NCBI GenBank assembly: GCA_963693365.1
Contig: CAVNZM010000008.1
Span: 1,674,001-1,738,000 of the forward strand
Reading direction: 5' to 3'
DNA: 64,000 nt
Source of the DNA: Amoebidium appalachense
Taxonomy: Eukaryota > Protista > Ichthyosporea
Below, piece by piece: positions 62,136 through 64,000 of this stretch. The notes below the pieces were generated by a model. It saw only the letters and a program-made list of their open reading frames with translations, was not told the origin of the DNA and made no database searches. Every line of letters begins with the position of its first letter. Position 1 is the first letter of the stretch. A program made the translations under genes and the position numbers.

Positions 62136-62837
62136 GTCACACACACACACACACACGCACACGCACACACACACACGCACACACATTCACACACACGCAC
62201 ACGCACGCACACACACACACACGCACACACGCACAGTCACGGGTGCACTGACGCACACACCGTCACACACACACACGGCATCCAAGTACACAGTGATTTC
62301 CCGCCCAGACCTACCTTCCCCATTTTTTTGTCCAAGGGGGCCTTCCGCTTAGGCTAGCAAAATATTGCAATATCACCGCAATAACACGCAAACCACACGT
62401 AGCACAGGTATGTATCACCTGCCCAGCAGAAATAACACTGTGGTATTCAAATTACCACCAAAGTAACACGACATGCGAAATAACACGAAGATATTATTGT
62501 GGTATCACCGGCAGTACCACGGTGATATCGTTGAGATATTCCCTATGTTTCCAATGGCGGTATCACCAAGATATCACGAACGAAATTGCCGGAAATATCA
62601 CTGCGATATCACCGTGTGGATGCATGTGATATCACCGTACTACTCCAGTATATCACCATCTAGGGGTACAGTCGCTCGCGGGGCATACCGGTGGTGATTT
62701 GGTTATATCACCGTACTATCTCCAGTATCACCGGGTCCGGTCTGAATCCCAGGCGCGGATCCCGCGGTGATATCGGGTGATATTACAGTAATATCACACC
62801 GCGGTGATATCACCAATCGCTATTGCGCGATATAGGG
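60566..62837. mobile_element. Non-autonomous EnSpm/CACTA-like element
   Basis: TIR CCCTATATCGC...GCGATATAGGG, TA on both flanks, and dense (G)ATATCACCG subterminal repeats at both ends and at ~61470-61530. Confidence 0.7.
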
Positions 62838-63463
62838 TATTTATTTCTGCATCCACCCGTTACGATTAAGAAATTGTCCGTTACGATTGGCCAAAGGGCG
62901 GTATGTACGGTTAACTTTCTGGCGAACGTTAACCCCAGCCCAACCCTGCAGGGCCCAGCCGGACCGGGCGGGGAGGGGGATGATCGGGGGTCACCGGGAG
63001 CTTTTCTCTGATTAAATTTTTTTTTTTTTTCAAAGTAAGTTTTCAGCAACCGTGAGGGATACCAGCAGCTCACTGACACATGTTCACCTTTAAATGATAG
63101 AAAATACAAAAACAAAATTTGACTCTTTTTGACTCAAGTATTGGCTTTGCTTACCAGCTATATATTACAGATATTGTTAATTTTATGTAAATTATTTGCG
63201 TATTTGCACAAGCCCCTACCTCTTTGAATTGCCATTGGGGGTACCTGGTTTGTGTTTTTATCCAATCAAATGCGACTAACACCCGAGGTTTCCAAAAAGC
63301 CATCCGCTCAAGTGAACACAAAAAAAAAAAAAAAAAAACGCTTTCAACTTGCAAGCAAGCACTTTGCACGGTATTTTCTCCACACAGTTTTCACTTGAAC
63401 AAAACATCAGAGATCTAGAGAGCCCCTATATACTATATTCTCGCTTTGGCACAGGTTGGCAAT

Positions 63464-63566
63464 ATGGCTGAGAAAGGCGCGTATGCTGACACCCTCCAGC
63501 GCAACGCGGAGAATGCTCCCCCTGCTTACAGCGAAGCCTCTGGGCCTTTAACCGTGGTGCTTGGAG
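63464..63566 (+). CDS. Probable first coding exon of an unidentified gene with a PPxY motif
   Basis: MAEKGAYADTLQRNAENAPPAYSEASGPLTVVLG, upstream acceptor CACAG and donor GAG|GTACGC. The window ends on TTTCAG. Confidence 0.45.
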
Positions 63567-64000
63567 GTACGCGTACGTGTGGGTGTATGCGCGCGCGCGT
63601 GTGTGCGTGTCCCTCTAGACTTACTGCCTCTCTCTTTATCCCTCTTTCTGTGTGTGTATGCTTCTGTGTGCTTGTGTCTCTGTGGGCACGTGTGTGTGTA
63701 CGTGTGCGCGTAGGTTTTTTGCTCATTCTCCCTCGCTCTTCCTCTCTCTCCCTCTCTCTCTCTCTCCCCCCCCCCCCCTCCCCCCCCCCCTTCTCTCTCT
63801 CCCGCCCCCCCTCTCTCTCTTTCTCTCTGTGTGTGTGCGCGCACGCGGATGTGCAATGTGTGCGTGTGTGCGTGCGGGCATGTGCAGCGCGAGTGTGTGC
63901 ACGTGTGTGCGTGTGTGTCTGTATGCACTTTGCTGCGTTGCCCTTTACACATTTGAAACTGCACAGGAACAGTCAGAGTTTTACCTTTTTAAAATTTCAG

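Overview
Eukaryotic, intron-rich, microsatellite-rich DNA ((CA)n, (CT)n, poly-G/C). It is probably a unicellular holozoan or other opisthokont; this is inferred, and most listed ORFs are repeat artefacts. Positions 1-43.7 kb are a deeply nested transposon cluster. It holds four Copia elements with GGTTAT-type primer sites, solo and rearranged LTRs, a non-coding LTR element, a Ngaro/DIRS-type tyrosine-recombinase element, a Gypsy gag/protease fragment, a LINE fragment and two TA-flanked Tc1/mariner-like elements. It also holds a Sola-like TIR element (6315-21448, AAGC TSD). Inside that element sits the best novelty candidate, an unclassified ~13.2 kb unit (7333-20514) bounded by mirrored arrays of TTTCTAGT-N4-ACTAGAAA palindromes and a CTAACAT direct repeat, carrying paralogous spliced mini-exons on both strands. 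Positions 46-64 kb are host DNA: a CWC21/SRRM2 splicing-factor gene (+), a convergent SRF-type MADS-box gene (-) with an intronic tRNA-Arg(CCT), a shared structured intronic repeat, an EnSpm-like non-autonomous element and a probable first exon of another gene. The Copia ORFs are strongly depleted of CGC/GCG but not of other CG contexts. All coordinates were read by eye.
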